Source: Acidobacteriota bacterium (GTDB lineage Bacteria; Acidobacteriota; UBA6911; RPQK01; JADFOI01). From it: a stretch of DNA of 64,000 nucleotides. Made by a program: the position numbers and the translations under genes. Position 1 is the first letter of the stretch, and each line of letters opens with the position of its first letter. A model generated the notes under the pieces. That model made no database searches, was not told the DNA's origin, and saw only the letters and a list, made by a program, of their open reading frames with translations. The stretch covers positions 608,001-672,000 of the forward strand of contig OY760074.1 of the NCBI GenBank assembly GCA_963663035.1. Reading direction: 5' to 3'. This document shows positions 10,058 through 20,269 of the stretch, in pieces.

Positions 10058-10190
10058 TGGAACCTCCCCTATCCACACCTTTTGGTGATTCACGTCACAG
10101 TAAGAGTTTTCAGAATTATGCTTAATTAGGGGTAGTAGACACTAGTGGAATCTCGTCCCTCTCACACCTTTTGAGGGTAGCTCGTAAGAG

Positions 10191-11561
10191 GAGGTTCCGT
10201 CAATAAGTGTGTAAATAGACATCAGGCGGCTTTCTCCTGGGTGACTGGGTTGACTGGAACTCCATTGACATATTGGGCTCCTTGGTAGACATCCTTCATC
10301 AAGTGGGGAGCCTTCAAACGGCGAAATCTCTTCTCAGCGACCAGCAGCATCTTCCAGATGACAGCCCGTGCGTTGGCCACTTTCTTGAACCTTCGAGCAG
10401 CATCGGTTCGCAGTCGCAGAGCAGAGAAGGGAGACTCCACTGGGTTGGTAGTCCGCAGATGTTGCCACTGCTGTTTGGGATAGTTGTAAAACGTCACCAT
10501 CCGCTCCCAGTCCTGGTCGATCAGATCAGCCGCTGCCTCCAGGCCTCTCTTGCTACACCAATGTTGGAATCGTCCTTTGACTCGCTCGGCTTCCTGCCGT
10601 GTTTCTGCATAAGGGATCTGCCGCAACATCAACAAGGCCGCTTTGTGCCGACTCTTGGGGATCTTGGCCAGCAAGTTGACGATGCGATGATTCCAGCATC
10701 TCTGCTCGTCGGCTTCTGGGAACACGTTGCGCAACGCTCCCCAGATCCCCAGATGCCCGTCAGCGATCACCAGACGGGGTGGGTTCATCCCCCGCTCTTT
10801 GAGATCCCGCAGCACTGCGGACCAGCTCTGGGTCGATTCTCGATAACCACTACTGACGGACACCACCACTTTAGTGCCATCACTTAAAGCGGCGATCACT
10901 ACCAGAATCACGGCCTTCTCCTTCTCCAGCCCTGCTTTGATGTACACGCCGTCCGCCCACAAATACACGACTTCCAGATCCAGCCGACGGCTCTGCCAGG
11001 CCTCCATTTCTCCCTGCCACTTCTGTTTCAACCGGGCTACGGTGCTGGGGGACAGCGGCGCTTCTTCCCCTAAAAGCCCTCTCAAGGCCAGATCGAAATC
11101 CCCCTCGGCCAGACCATGTAAATAGAGTTCTGGAATCAAGTCTCGTACCTCTCGCGTTCGCTTGGCAAACAGCGGCAAGACCCGGCTCTCAAAACGCTCT
11201 TCCAGATCCCGCACTCGGGGACGCCGCAGCTTGATCGTTCCGCAACTCATCGTCAGTCGCCGCTCCTTGCCGTAGCCGTTGCGATAGCCACCGGAGGCGT
11301 CCACTTCTCGGCGACGCTCATTCTTTCTTCGAGCAGCTGTGTCACTTCATCCTCCAGCAGTTCCTGTACGTAAAACTGGATCTGCAGTCGCACCCACTCT
11401 TCCAGCTGTTTCAAAGCAGACTCTTGACTCCACACTGTGGTCAATGGTAGTCTTGCGCATGGATGTGTGACTCCTTCCTTTCGGGCTCTTCCGCCCGGGT
11501 TTTTATTTTCACCCGGAAGGATAATCACCGCCTGTGCTATTTACACACCTTTTGAGGGTAG
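10191..11561 (-). mobile_element. IS256-family element, copy 1 (5' end of transposase frameshifted)
   Basis: Nearly identical to 12029-13407; transposase ORF 10222-11304 truncated by small indels at ~11330-11460; IRs at 10191 and ~11537-11561. Confidence 0.88.
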
Positions 11562-12028
11562 CACTAGTATATCCTACCATGTTCACGGTCCTCATCAGTC
11601 CAGGGAAGGTCGAGATCAGATCCGCAGGGTAGTCACGTGGGCCAATCTCCGCCTCCAGGCCTCTCTTGCACTCACACCAATGTTGGATTATCGTCCTTTG
11701 ACTCATCCCCTGCCGCTCGATCGGGACCAGCTTCCTGCCGTGTTTCTGCTGTGCAATAAAACAGGGATCTCCATCTCCGTGTTCGAGGTGCGATTACAAG
11801 GCGTCCAAGCTAGTGCTTGACCCACCGAATCGCCCCATGTACATGCTTTCACCGATGAGCACCGCACCCGAACTCACGGACAACAAGGCTCGGGCCGCTT
11901 TGGGTGCCGATCTCTTGGCGGATCTTGGCCAGCAAGTTGACGATGCGATGATTCCAGCATCTCTGCTCGTCGGCTTCTGGGAACACGTTCAATCTCCGCA
12001 ACGCTCCCCAGATCCCCAGATGCCCGTC
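11562..12028 (-). other. Garbled internal fragment of the IS256 transposase
   Basis: Stretches match 10490-10765 but are interleaved with many insertions; probably noisy consensus. Confidence 0.7.
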
Positions 12029-13407
12029 AGGTTCCGTCAATAAGTGTGTAAATAGACATCAGGCGGCTTTCTCCTGGGTGACTGGGTTGACTGGAACTCC
12101 ATTGACATATTGGGCTCCTTGGTAGACATCCTTCATCAAGTGGGGAGCCTTCAAACGGCGAAATCTCTTCTCAGCGACCAGCAGCATCTTCCAGATGACA
12201 GCCCGTGCGTTGGCCACTTTCTTGAACCTTCGAGCAGCATCGGTTCGCAGTCGCAGAGCAGAGAAGGGAGACTCCACTGGGTTGGTAGTCCGCAGATGTT
12301 GCCACTGCTGTTTGGGATAGTTGTAAAACGTCACCATCCGCTCCCAGTCCTGGTCGATCAGATCAGCCGCTGCCTCCAGGCCTCTCTTGCTACACCAATG
12401 TTGGAATCGTCCTTTGACTCGCTCGGCTTCCTGCCGTGTTTCTGCATAAGGGATCTGCCGCAACATCAACAAGGCCGCTTTGTGCCGACTCTTGGGGATC
12501 TTGGCCAGCAAGTTGACGATGCGATGATTCCAGCATCTCTGCTCGTCGGCTTCTGGGAACACGTTGCGCAACGCTCCCCAGATCCCCAGATGCCCGTCAG
12601 CGATCACCAGACGGGGTGGGTTCATCCCCCGCTCTTTGAGATCCCGCAGCACTGCGGACCAGCTCTGGGTCGATTCTCGATAACCACTACTGACGGACAC
12701 CACCACTTTAGTGCCATCACTTAAAGCGGCGATCACTACCAGAATCACGGCCTTCTCCTTCTCCAGCCCTGCTTTGATGTACACGCCGTCCGCCCACAAA
12801 TACACGACTTCCAGATCATCCAGCCGACGGCTCTGCCAGGCCTCCATTTCTCCCTGCCACTTCTGTTTCAACCGGGCTACGGTGCTGGGGGACAGCGGCG
12901 CTTCTTCCCCTAAAAGCCCTCTCAAGGCCAGATCGAAATCCCCCTCGGCCAGACCATGTAAATAGAGTTCTGGAATCAAGTCTCGTACCTCTCGCGTTCG
13001 CTTGGCAAACAGCGGCAAGACCCGGCTCTCAAAACGCTCTTCCAGATCCCGCACTCGGGGACGCCGCAGCTTGATCGTTCCGCAACTCATCGTCAGTCGC
13101 CGCTCCTTGCCGTAGCCGTTGCGATAGCCACCGGAGGCGTCCACTTCTCGGCGACGCTCATTCTTTCTTCGTCCCAGCAGCTGTGTCACTTCATCCTCCA
13201 GCAGTTCCTGTACGTAAAACTGGATCTGCTCTCGCACCCACTCTTCCAGCTGTTCAAAGCAGACTCTTGACTCCACACTGTGATCAATGTTCTTCTTGCT
13301 CATGGCGGTGTGACTCCTTCCTTTCGGGCTCTTCCGCCCGGGTTTTTATTTTCACCCGGAAGGATAATCACCGCCTGTGCTATTTACACACCTTTTGAGG
13401 GTAGCTC
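12029..13407 (-). mobile_element. IS256-family element, copy 2 (intact transposase)
   Basis: Imperfect 28 bp IR pair GAGGTTCCGTCAATAAGTGTGTAAATAG (full at 10191, lacking first G here) / CTATTTACACACCTTTTGAGGGTAGCTC. Confidence 0.92.
12059..13303 (-). CDS. IS256 (Mutator) family DDE transposase
   Basis: YRNGY, LWADG, IADG, QRCWNH, TTNPVES motifs; 414 aa. Confidence 0.95.
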   Translation of the reverse strand: MSKKNIDHSVESRVCFEQLEEWVREQIQFYVQELLEDEVTQLLGRRKNERRREVDASGGYRNGYGKERRLTMSCGTIKLRRPRVRDLEERFESRVLPLFAKRTREVRDLIPELYLHGLAEGDFDLALRGLLGEEAPLSPSTVARLKQKWQGEMEAWQSRRLDDLEVVYLWADGVYIKAGLEKEKAVILVVIAALSDGTKVVVSVSSGYRESTQSWSAVLRDLKERGMNPPRLVIADGHLGIWGALRNVFPEADEQRCWNHRIVNLLAKIPKSRHKAALLMLRQIPYAETRQEAERVKGRFQHWCSKRGLEAAADLIDQDWERMVTFYNYPKQQWQHLRTTNPVESPFSALRLRTDAARRFKKVANARAVIWKMLLVAEKRFRRLKAPHLMKDVYQGAQYVNGVPVNPVTQEKAA

Positions 13408-13519
13408 GTAAGAGTTTTCAGATAACGCTAGAATCCACCATGAAGCTCTCTAATGTGGCCTCTAGAAAGGCTAAGAGAGGTCATTCTTCGGTGTTGAGTC
13501 AAAGACTGCTCAATGAAAG

Positions 13520-13915
13520 GTGAAGGCTATGGGAAATTCAATGGTATTACTACTGAAAAAGCGCCAGTCGGGCCTGGTAAGTGTCCTGGTGCTGGCTGTG
13601 CTCTTAGCCATCCTGGGGTACCTGGGTTCTCAAATTGTCCCAGTCTACTTGGCGCAGCGAGCATTTTATGGAGATCTGGTCGATCTTGCCGGTCGCTCTG
13701 CCCTCGATCAGCAGGACAATCTCGCTATTACCCAGCAGGTCGTGCAGTTAGCCCAGGCCAGAGACTTCACTATCTCAGAGCATAACGTGCTCATTTCACG
13801 GGTCCCGGAGCGACCGGAACTCGCTATTCTGGTTGACTACACAAAGACGACGGAGTTTCCGGGTGGCTACATCTATGTGTTCTACTTCCACTCTGTGGCC
13901 GAGGGACTTCTCTAA
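13520..13915 (+). CDS. Small membrane-anchored protein, DUF4845/pilin-like
   Basis: KKRQSG followed by a hydrophobic helix and VPVY; C-terminal VDY strand. Confidence 0.55.
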   Translation: MKAMGNSMVLLLKKRQSGLVSVLVLAVLLAILGYLGSQIVPVYLAQRAFYGDLVDLAGRSALDQQDNLAITQQVVQLAQARDFTISEHNVLISRVPERPELAILVDYTKTTEFPGGYIYVFYFHSVAEGLL

Positions 13916-13949
13916 CGCCGACCGACTGGTGCACGACCACACAGCCCCA

Positions 13950-15216
13950 TGACCTTGCCCCCTAAAACGAGTCCAGTTTGAATGTTAGGATTTCCGGTTT
14001 AGGAAGGAGGCAAGGATGGCAGGGAAGCGGTTTAGGGCAGAACAGATCATCATGAAGCTGCGTGAGGCAGAGGTGGGTCTGGCCCAAGGACAGAGGGTGG
14101 GACAGGTGTCGAAGCAGATGGGGGTGAGCGAGCAGACCTACTACCGGTGGCGCAAAGAGTACGGAGGGCTCCGGTTGGACCAGGCCAAGAGGTTGAAGGT
14201 GTTGGAGAAGGAGAATACCCGGTTGAAGAAGCTGGTGGCGGATCTGTCTTTGGACAAGCAGATCCTGAAGGAAGTGTCCTCGGGAAACTTCTAGGCCCGG
14301 CGAACAGGAGACGAGCGGTGATGTGGGTACGAGAGCGATTAGGAGCAGAGCGAGTCTCCGAACGTCGGGCCTGCCAAGTGCTGGGACAGGTTCGATCGAC
14401 CCAGCGAAGGGAAAGGCAAATTCCCGATGATGAGGCCCGATTGGTGGCCCGGATGGTGGAGTTGGCTACGCAATACGGGCGTTATGGCTACCGGCGGGTC
14501 ACGGCGATACTTCATGGGGAAGGGTGGAAGGTGAATCCTAAGCGGGTGGAGAGGCTGTGGAGACAAGAAGGGCTGAAAGTCCCGTCCAGACAGCCGAAAC
14601 GAAGGAGGCTGTGGCTTAATGACGGTTCCTGTGTTCGGTTACGAGCGGCTCGCAAGAACCACGTCTGGAGCTATGATTTCGTGCATGAACGGACCCATGA
14701 TGGGCGAGCCTTTCGGCTATTGACGATCCTGGATGAGTACACCAGAGAGTGCCTCGCCATTGATGTGAAACGGCAGATGAATCACCAAGACGTGTTGGAC
14801 CGGCTGGCGGAGTTATTCGTTGATCGGGGAGTGCCTGAGTTTATCCGGTCCGATAACGGATCGGAGTTTACGGCACAGGCGGTCCGGGACTGGCTGCAGG
14901 CTGTTGGGGTAAGGACCTTGTACATCGAGCCGGGCAGCCCCTGGGAGAATGGGTACATTGAGAGTTTCAACGGGAAACTACGGGATGAGCTGCTGAACAT
15001 GGAGATCTTCGACACGCTGGGGGAAGCCAAGGTGTTGGTAGAACGCTGGCGGAGGGATTACAATCAGATCCGGCCTCACAGCGCCTTGGCCTATCGGCCG
15101 CCGGCGCCAGAGGCCAAACTACCTAGGTCGCAGGCACTGGATCCAATCCCTTGGAGTGGACTTCAAATGGTCCCGGGTCTAGCATAGAGGGTGGACTCGT
15201 TCGTGGGGGCAGGTCA
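13950..15216 (+). mobile_element. IS3-family element (IS407-like), complete
   Basis: TG...CA ends, ~26 bp IR TGACCTTGCCCCCTAAAACGAGTCCA / TGGACTCGTTCGTGGGGGCAGGTCA, 4 bp target duplication CCCA (13946-13949, 15217-15220). Confidence 0.95.
14016..15187 (+). CDS. IS3 transposase OrfA (14016-14294) and OrfB joined by programmed -1 frameshift
   Basis: HTH OrfA; slippery G GGA AAC at 14282-14288; Orf[25 protein letters not shown]. Confidence 0.93.
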
Positions 15217-15378
15217 CCCACGCCTCCAAGAAAGCACGGATGCAAGGCGGCAGTGAGGTCCCCTTGACTCGTTCTGCTCTTCAAAATACAATTTCGCCAC
15301 GGGGTACGGGACCCTGCGGGTGGTTGTCCCCTCAGATCTTGAGATCCCCCACCGTTTGCACTTCCAATGACGAACTAA

Positions 15379-16524
15379 GTGCAATCGACTTCGCAAGGAT
15401 TTAGCTGGATGGAGGAAGATTCGGATCAAGCTGAGTGGTCCCTTGAGGGCTACCGCGACGAGAGCGAAGAGTTCAGGCGGTGGATGGTTCGGCCCCTGCC
15501 CTACCGCGTGGGGCGGAACCCTGATGTGGACCTGTGCCTTCCCTTTTCAACGATCTCAGGCCGGCATGCGGAACTATTTGTCCAGGGTGACACTCTACAG
15601 CTGCGTGATCTGGGAAGTACCAATGGGACGTTTCTGAACCGCGAGAGGATCACTGGAGAAGCAAGCCTGAAAGATGGCGACATCCTGCATTTTTCAGACT
15701 ATGAGTTCCGACTCAGCCGAGTCGAGCCTGAGGTGACCGATTCCTCCCGTACTGTCTTGCACCACGTCTCCTCTGAGGAGCTTCCAGGGCAGCTAGCCGT
15801 AGGAATACACCAATTTCACGAACTGCTGAAAACACACGCGGTTCTTCCCTTCTTCCAGCCCATCGTCAAGATTAGCGGGGATGAAACGATGGGATACGAA
15901 GTCCTGGGACGAGGCGACCATCCAGGAGTTGCCTCTGTGCCTGACGAGCTCTTTCGCATTGCAGCACGCTTCGGCTTGGAGGCTGATCTCAGCACAGTTT
16001 TTCGTTCTCGCGGGGTTCAAGAGGCGAAACAGCTGGAAGGTGCGCCGAAGCTGTTCGTTAACACCCACCCGGCTGAGTTGGGTTCGCTCCACCTTTTGGA
16101 TTCGCTCAAGCAACTCCGTCTGGATGCACCCGACCTCTCTATCGTCCTGGAGATTCATGAAGCTGCCGTCACCGATCTCGACCAAATGCGGAAGCTGCGC
16201 GACCACTTGACTGATCTTGAGATGGGGCTTGCCTACGACGATTTTGGGGCCGGACAGGCTCGCTTACTTGAATTGGTGGAGGTTCCACCCGACTATCTTA
16301 AGTTTGACCTTACTCTGATAAGAGACCTTCACGAGGCCCCCTTTCCCAAACAGAAGTTGGTCGAAACTTTGGTGCACATGGTGGGTGAAATCGGAGTGTC
16401 CTGCCTGGCCGAAGGTATCGAGAAGAAGGAAGAAAAGCAAGTTTGTGTTGAGATGGGATTCGAATTCGCCCAAGGCTATTTCTTTGGCAAGCCTGCTCCA
16501 CTCTCGACCTGGATTCGCTCCTGA
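15379..16524 (+). CDS. FHA-EAL c-di-GMP phosphodiesterase
   Basis: FHA: VGR, SGRH, STNGT; EAL: FQPIV, EVLGR, FVN, LEIHE, DDFGAG, LKFD, AEGIE, QGYFF; real start may be ATG 15409. Confidence 0.92.
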   Translation: MQSTSQGFSWMEEDSDQAEWSLEGYRDESEEFRRWMVRPLPYRVGRNPDVDLCLPFSTISGRHAELFVQGDTLQLRDLGSTNGTFLNRERITGEASLKDGDILHFSDYEFRLSRVEPEVTDSSRTVLHHVSSEELPGQLAVGIHQFHELLKTHAVLPFFQPIVKISGDETMGYEVLGRGDHPGVASVPDELFRIAARFGLEADLSTVFRSRGVQEAKQLEGAPKLFVNTHPAELGSLHLLDSLKQLRLDAPDLSIVLEIHEAAVTDLDQMRKLRDHLTDLEMGLAYDDFGAGQARLLELVEVPPDYLKFDLTLIRDLHEAPFPKQKLVETLVHMVGEIGVSCLAEGIEKKEEKQVCVEMGFEFAQGYFFGKPAPLSTWIRS

Positions 16525-16528
16525 CCCA

Positions 16529-19027
16529 CTACATGTTTTCAACAACAGCTGAAAACGTTTCTTCCAGATCAAAGTCGGGCAACTTCTTGTGAACCACAGA
16601 GGACTCTCCAGCAACAATCCTCACTTCGAACTCCAGCGGCCCATTGAAATGCGGATTGCTCACTCGAACCCGGTATCTCCCAGGCGGCAATTGCACCACA
16701 CACGGGGTATTGAGGTCCTGCTCAATAGAGATCGCCTGATCATTGTCTACGCGGGTGATTGAATCGACGGTGGCCCACGGTGCAACATTCAAGATCAGTG
16801 AACCCGAAGGACTCTCAGAGGACGGGTCCAGTATTCTCTCCGATTGATCTCCCCCGGCCCACGCAATAACCACTGCCAGCACCAAAAGTAACATGAAAGC
16901 GACTCCCGCCAACGGCGCAAGCCATGGCTTAGCCAGGAAAGCCGAGATCTTCAGTGGAAGTTTGGGTAGCCTGATTCTTCCACACTTCTGTCTGATCGTC
17001 AGAGTGACATTCTCTAGTACCTGAGTAGCCTCGCCGGCCTCCAGAACGTCCTTTTTCACTTCAGATGGAGAATCCGCTGCAGCTCGCTTTTTACGGAGCT
17101 TTGCTTCCGTGTGCTCCTTGAGCCTGAGCGCAGTTGGATGATCAGGTTCCAGTTCCAACAAAAAAGATAAGTTGTCAAGAGCAGCTTCGAAATTCCCTCT
17201 CTTGATTTCGCCTTGGGCAAAGTCCAACACTTTGGCAATCTGACTCAGGTGTTCTCGTTGGGCACTGGTCTGGGTGGCGGCTAGCTCATGAAGATTTTTC
17301 AACTCAGGGTGCTCGGGATCCAATGCCTCCAGGGCTTTTCTCTTCAATTCAAGGGCTTCCGGCTGATCCGGCTGGACCGCCAACACTTTTTCAACGAATT
17401 TCAGAGCCCGATTGAACTGCTTGGACTCCAGACGCTGGCTGGCCTTTTTCAGGAGACTCGCCACTTGGTGTACTTCTTTCATCGCCTTTTCAGCGCGCCG
17501 TTGAACCTCTTGAAGTTCAGTGTGCTTCGGATCCAGTTTCAATGCCTCAGTCGCTGCTTTGTAGCAGCCCTCGTAGTCCTGGCTCCTCTCATACTGGCGG
17601 ACCGTAGCCAACAAAGCTTCCAGCTTCCTGAGCTCAATGCCCTCCTCTGCTTTGTCTTTCAGCTCTGCTGCCTCAGGATGGGTTGGGGAAATTTCGAAGG
17701 CCGTGGAGACGACCTGTAGACAGCGCTCAAAGTCTTCCTGATCCAAAGCGCTGCGAGCCACAGCCAGTGCCGCTTCGAGCTGCAATTGGGTTTCCTGTTC
17801 GCGGCGACGCTTCTCCAAAGTTTCCTGCACTCGCAGTGCTTCGGCGCTCTTTGGGTTGAGCTTGAAGATTTTCTCCAGGGTGGTGCGGCAGGCTTCCTGC
17901 TGACCCTCTTTTAACTGTGCTTTAGCAGTTACGAACAGTTTAAGGATCTTCTGAGCTTTCGACTGTCTGTCGACAACGATTTCTATGCGTCTCTTGAGAT
18001 CAGCCTGCCGAAGCAACAGGCTGCCGTAATCGTCCGGATCAATCTCAGACCCGAGCAGAGAGACCTTGGTTTCGGGGTCGACTTCTTTTGGTTCAAAGAA
18101 CTCGTCTTCAACAAGATCCTGGATGAGCGGGTTCTTGAAGTCCTTGCGGTACTTCTTTAATTCAGCTTGGAGGGGCTTGATCCCTGTCCTCAAAGTCTCC
18201 TGAGCCTTGGGAAGTTGCTCCTGGAGTTCCAATATGTCTGCCGTTAGTTCGGCACCAGTTTGGTAGCGTTTTTTCGGATCCTTACAGAGGGCTCGCTCGA
18301 TGATTAGTTCCAACTGTGGAGCACAGCCTGAGAGGACCAGTGAGATGGGATGATGAGGTTCACTGACGATCTGAAAGCAAACTGATGTCGGAGTTTCACC
18401 TTCAAACGGTCTGGTGTAGGAGACTAACTCATAGAGGAGAACACCGACGCTGAAGAGGTCGCTGCGCCCGTCAATCTCAGGGCTGCCTTTTACCTGCTCC
18501 GGGGACATGTAGTAAGGGCTTCCCAAGAGCATCCCGCTTCGTGTCATCTCCGAGGAGGCCAGCCGGGCCAGTCCGAAGTCCAGGATCTTCAGGCCACCGT
18601 ACTGCGTAATGAAGACGTTGCCCGGCTTGATGTCACGATGGGTGACACCATGGCTATGAGCGTAGTCCAGGCCCTCGCAGATCTGGCTGACAAAACGAAG
18701 TTTCTCGGAAAAGGGGATAAAGGCTCGTTTCTTGATGATCGCTCGTAGATCCTCCCCCTCCACGTATTCCATGGCAATGAAAGGTCGCTTCCTGTTCTCA
18801 CCCAGATCGTAGATGGAAATAATGTTTGGGTGATTGAGTTTGGCAGCCGAGCGAGCTTCCCGAAAAAAGCGGGCTCGAAGCTCGTCATCCACGTCGACGC
18901 CCGTATTCATCACCTTAATGGCGGCGTAACGCTCCAGTACAGGATCATAGGCTTTGAAAACAACTCCCATGCTCCCCTGACCCAACAGGCCTTCGATCTG
19001 ATATCTGCCAATTTTCTTGGGAGCCAT
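16529..19027 (-). CDS. Hanks-type Ser/Thr kinase with TPR region, TM helix and C-terminal PEGA-like domain
   Basis: GQGSMG, AIKV, HRDIKPGN, DFG, YMSPEQ, DLFSVG; TPR helices; TM WLAPLAGVAFMLLLVLAVVIAWA; TPC-V-LPPGRY-V. Confidence 0.93.
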   Translation of the reverse strand: MAPKKIGRYQIEGLLGQGSMGVVFKAYDPVLERYAAIKVMNTGVDVDDELRARFFREARSAAKLNHPNIISIYDLGENRKRPFIAMEYVEGEDLRAIIKKRAFIPFSEKLRFVSQICEGLDYAHSHGVTHRDIKPGNVFITQYGGLKILDFGLARLASSEMTRSGMLLGSPYYMSPEQVKGSPEIDGRSDLFSVGVLLYELVSYTRPFEGETPTSVCFQIVSEPHHPISLVLSGCAPQLELIIERALCKDPKKRYQTGAELTADILELQEQLPKAQETLRTGIKPLQAELKKYRKDFKNPLIQDLVEDEFFEPKEVDPETKVSLLGSEIDPDDYGSLLLRQADLKRRIEIVVDRQSKAQKILKLFVTAKAQLKEGQQEACRTTLEKIFKLNPKSAEALRVQETLEKRRREQETQLQLEAALAVARSALDQEDFERCLQVVSTAFEISPTHPEAAELKDKAEEGIELRKLEALLATVRQYERSQDYEGCYKAATEALKLDPKHTELQEVQRRAEKAMKEVHQVASLLKKASQRLESKQFNRALKFVEKVLAVQPDQPEALELKRKALEALDPEHPELKNLHELAATQTSAQREHLSQIAKVLDFAQGEIKRGNFEAALDNLSFLLELEPDHPTALRLKEHTEAKLRKKRAAADSPSEVKKDVLEAGEATQVLENVTLTIRQKCGRIRLPKLPLKISAFLAKPWLAPLAGVAFMLLLVLAVVIAWAGGDQSERILDPSSESPSGSLILNVAPWATVDSITRVDNDQAISIEQDLNTPCVVQLPPGRYRVRVSNPHFNGPLEFEVRIVAGESSVVHKKLPDFDLEETFSAVVENM

Positions 19028-19104
19028 AATTTTCTAACGATACTGGAAAGGGAGCATTCAGTTGGTATCAGAGTGAGGAAAACTCGGCGAAGCACAACCG
19101 AAAT

Positions 19105-20253
19105 TTGATGTCCCGTACACGATTATTTTACCATGAAAACAGGTGTTTCCGTGTGGTGGGATGCTGGAGTTTTTGGATGCTATTGAAGAGATTCGTCATC
19201 GTAACCCTTGTGACTGGTTTGCTGCTTGGCACCGATCTGACCTTCGGGCAGCCTCTGACTGAGGGAGCACTCACCAAGGCAGATATCTTCGAAGAAGAGG
19301 CCGCAGAAAAGGCCAAGGCTGGTGACTTTTCTGCCGCGATAGGGCTCTATCAGGAGGCCATTGATGCTGAATCAGACGAGACGGAAAGGGAAAGGATTCA
19401 GTCAGATCTTGAGGACGTGAAAAAGCGTTTCTACATTCACTTGTATCAACAGGCTCAAATGGGCAGTTCGCGTGAAGAGACGATCAAGGTATTGATTCAG
19501 GCACGGTCATTAAACGTCGAGGAGGTGGTGGAAGAGGAGAAAGGTGTCCTTCGGAAGCTCGGTGGCTGGATTCGAGGGCCTGACAACGACTTTGAAACGG
19601 TGGTGGGTACCGTTCAGAGTATGAGAATTGACCTCTTTGATCAGCTCCTGCTGGAGGGGGAAGCGGCAGCTCAAGAACGAGACTACGACGAAGCTGCCTT
19701 GCGGTACCAACAGGCTCGTGAGCTGGAGCCCGGGTTTTTCAAAAGGGAAAACCTGCAGGTCCAGGAAGACAAGATACGAGATCAGATTAAGGCTGGGCAA
19801 CAGTTGGCCCTTGAGGGGCAGCGACTCCTCATGCAGAGAAAATATAGGGAAGCAGAGGAGAAGTTTCGGCGGGCCGATACTCTCTATCCCGGCCAAGCAG
19901 TTGTCGCCTCTGGTCTGAAAGGAATCCAAAGCAACGATGGCATACGCACTGGATTGCTGGCTCTTTTCGATGGTCGATCGGATGAAGCGATCCAAATCTT
20001 GGAATCGGTTCTGGAGGGTGTTGGAGAGGGGGTGGCACAGGTCCACGCCGTTTTAGGAGCGGTGTACTGTCACCGAGCCTTAATGAACGTTGAACCAGAC
20101 ACGTTGGCCCTGGAAAAGGCCAGGGAGCAGTTTCGGATAGTGTTCAATTTGCAGCCCGATTACCAGTTATCGGAACAACTGTTCTCTCCAAGAATCCTAG
20201 GAGTCTTTGAGCAACTCCGATCTGAAACCAAGGTGGGATCAATCCAGGACTGA
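19105..20253 (+). CDS. Exported TPR-repeat protein
   Basis: Signal-like hydrophobic segment, TPR helices, C-terminal PDYQLSEQLFSPRI; real start likely ATG 19177. Confidence 0.75.
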   Translation: MMSRTRLFYHENRCFRVVGCWSFWMLLKRFVIVTLVTGLLLGTDLTFGQPLTEGALTKADIFEEEAAEKAKAGDFSAAIGLYQEAIDAESDETERERIQSDLEDVKKRFYIHLYQQAQMGSSREETIKVLIQARSLNVEEVVEEEKGVLRKLGGWIRGPDNDFETVVGTVQSMRIDLFDQLLLEGEAAAQERDYDEAALRYQQARELEPGFFKRENLQVQEDKIRDQIKAGQQLALEGQRLLMQRKYREAEEKFRRADTLYPGQAVVASGLKGIQSNDGIRTGLLALFDGRSDEAIQILESVLEGVGEGVAQVHAVLGAVYCHRALMNVEPDTLALEKAREQFRIVFNLQPDYQLSEQLFSPRILGVFEQLRSETKVGSIQD

Positions 20254-20269
20254 GATGGTAATCTAGAAT

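Noticed and set aside
10273-12724. Identical 204 aa plus-strand ORFs at 10273 and 12110
   Set aside because: Antisense shadows of the duplicated transposase
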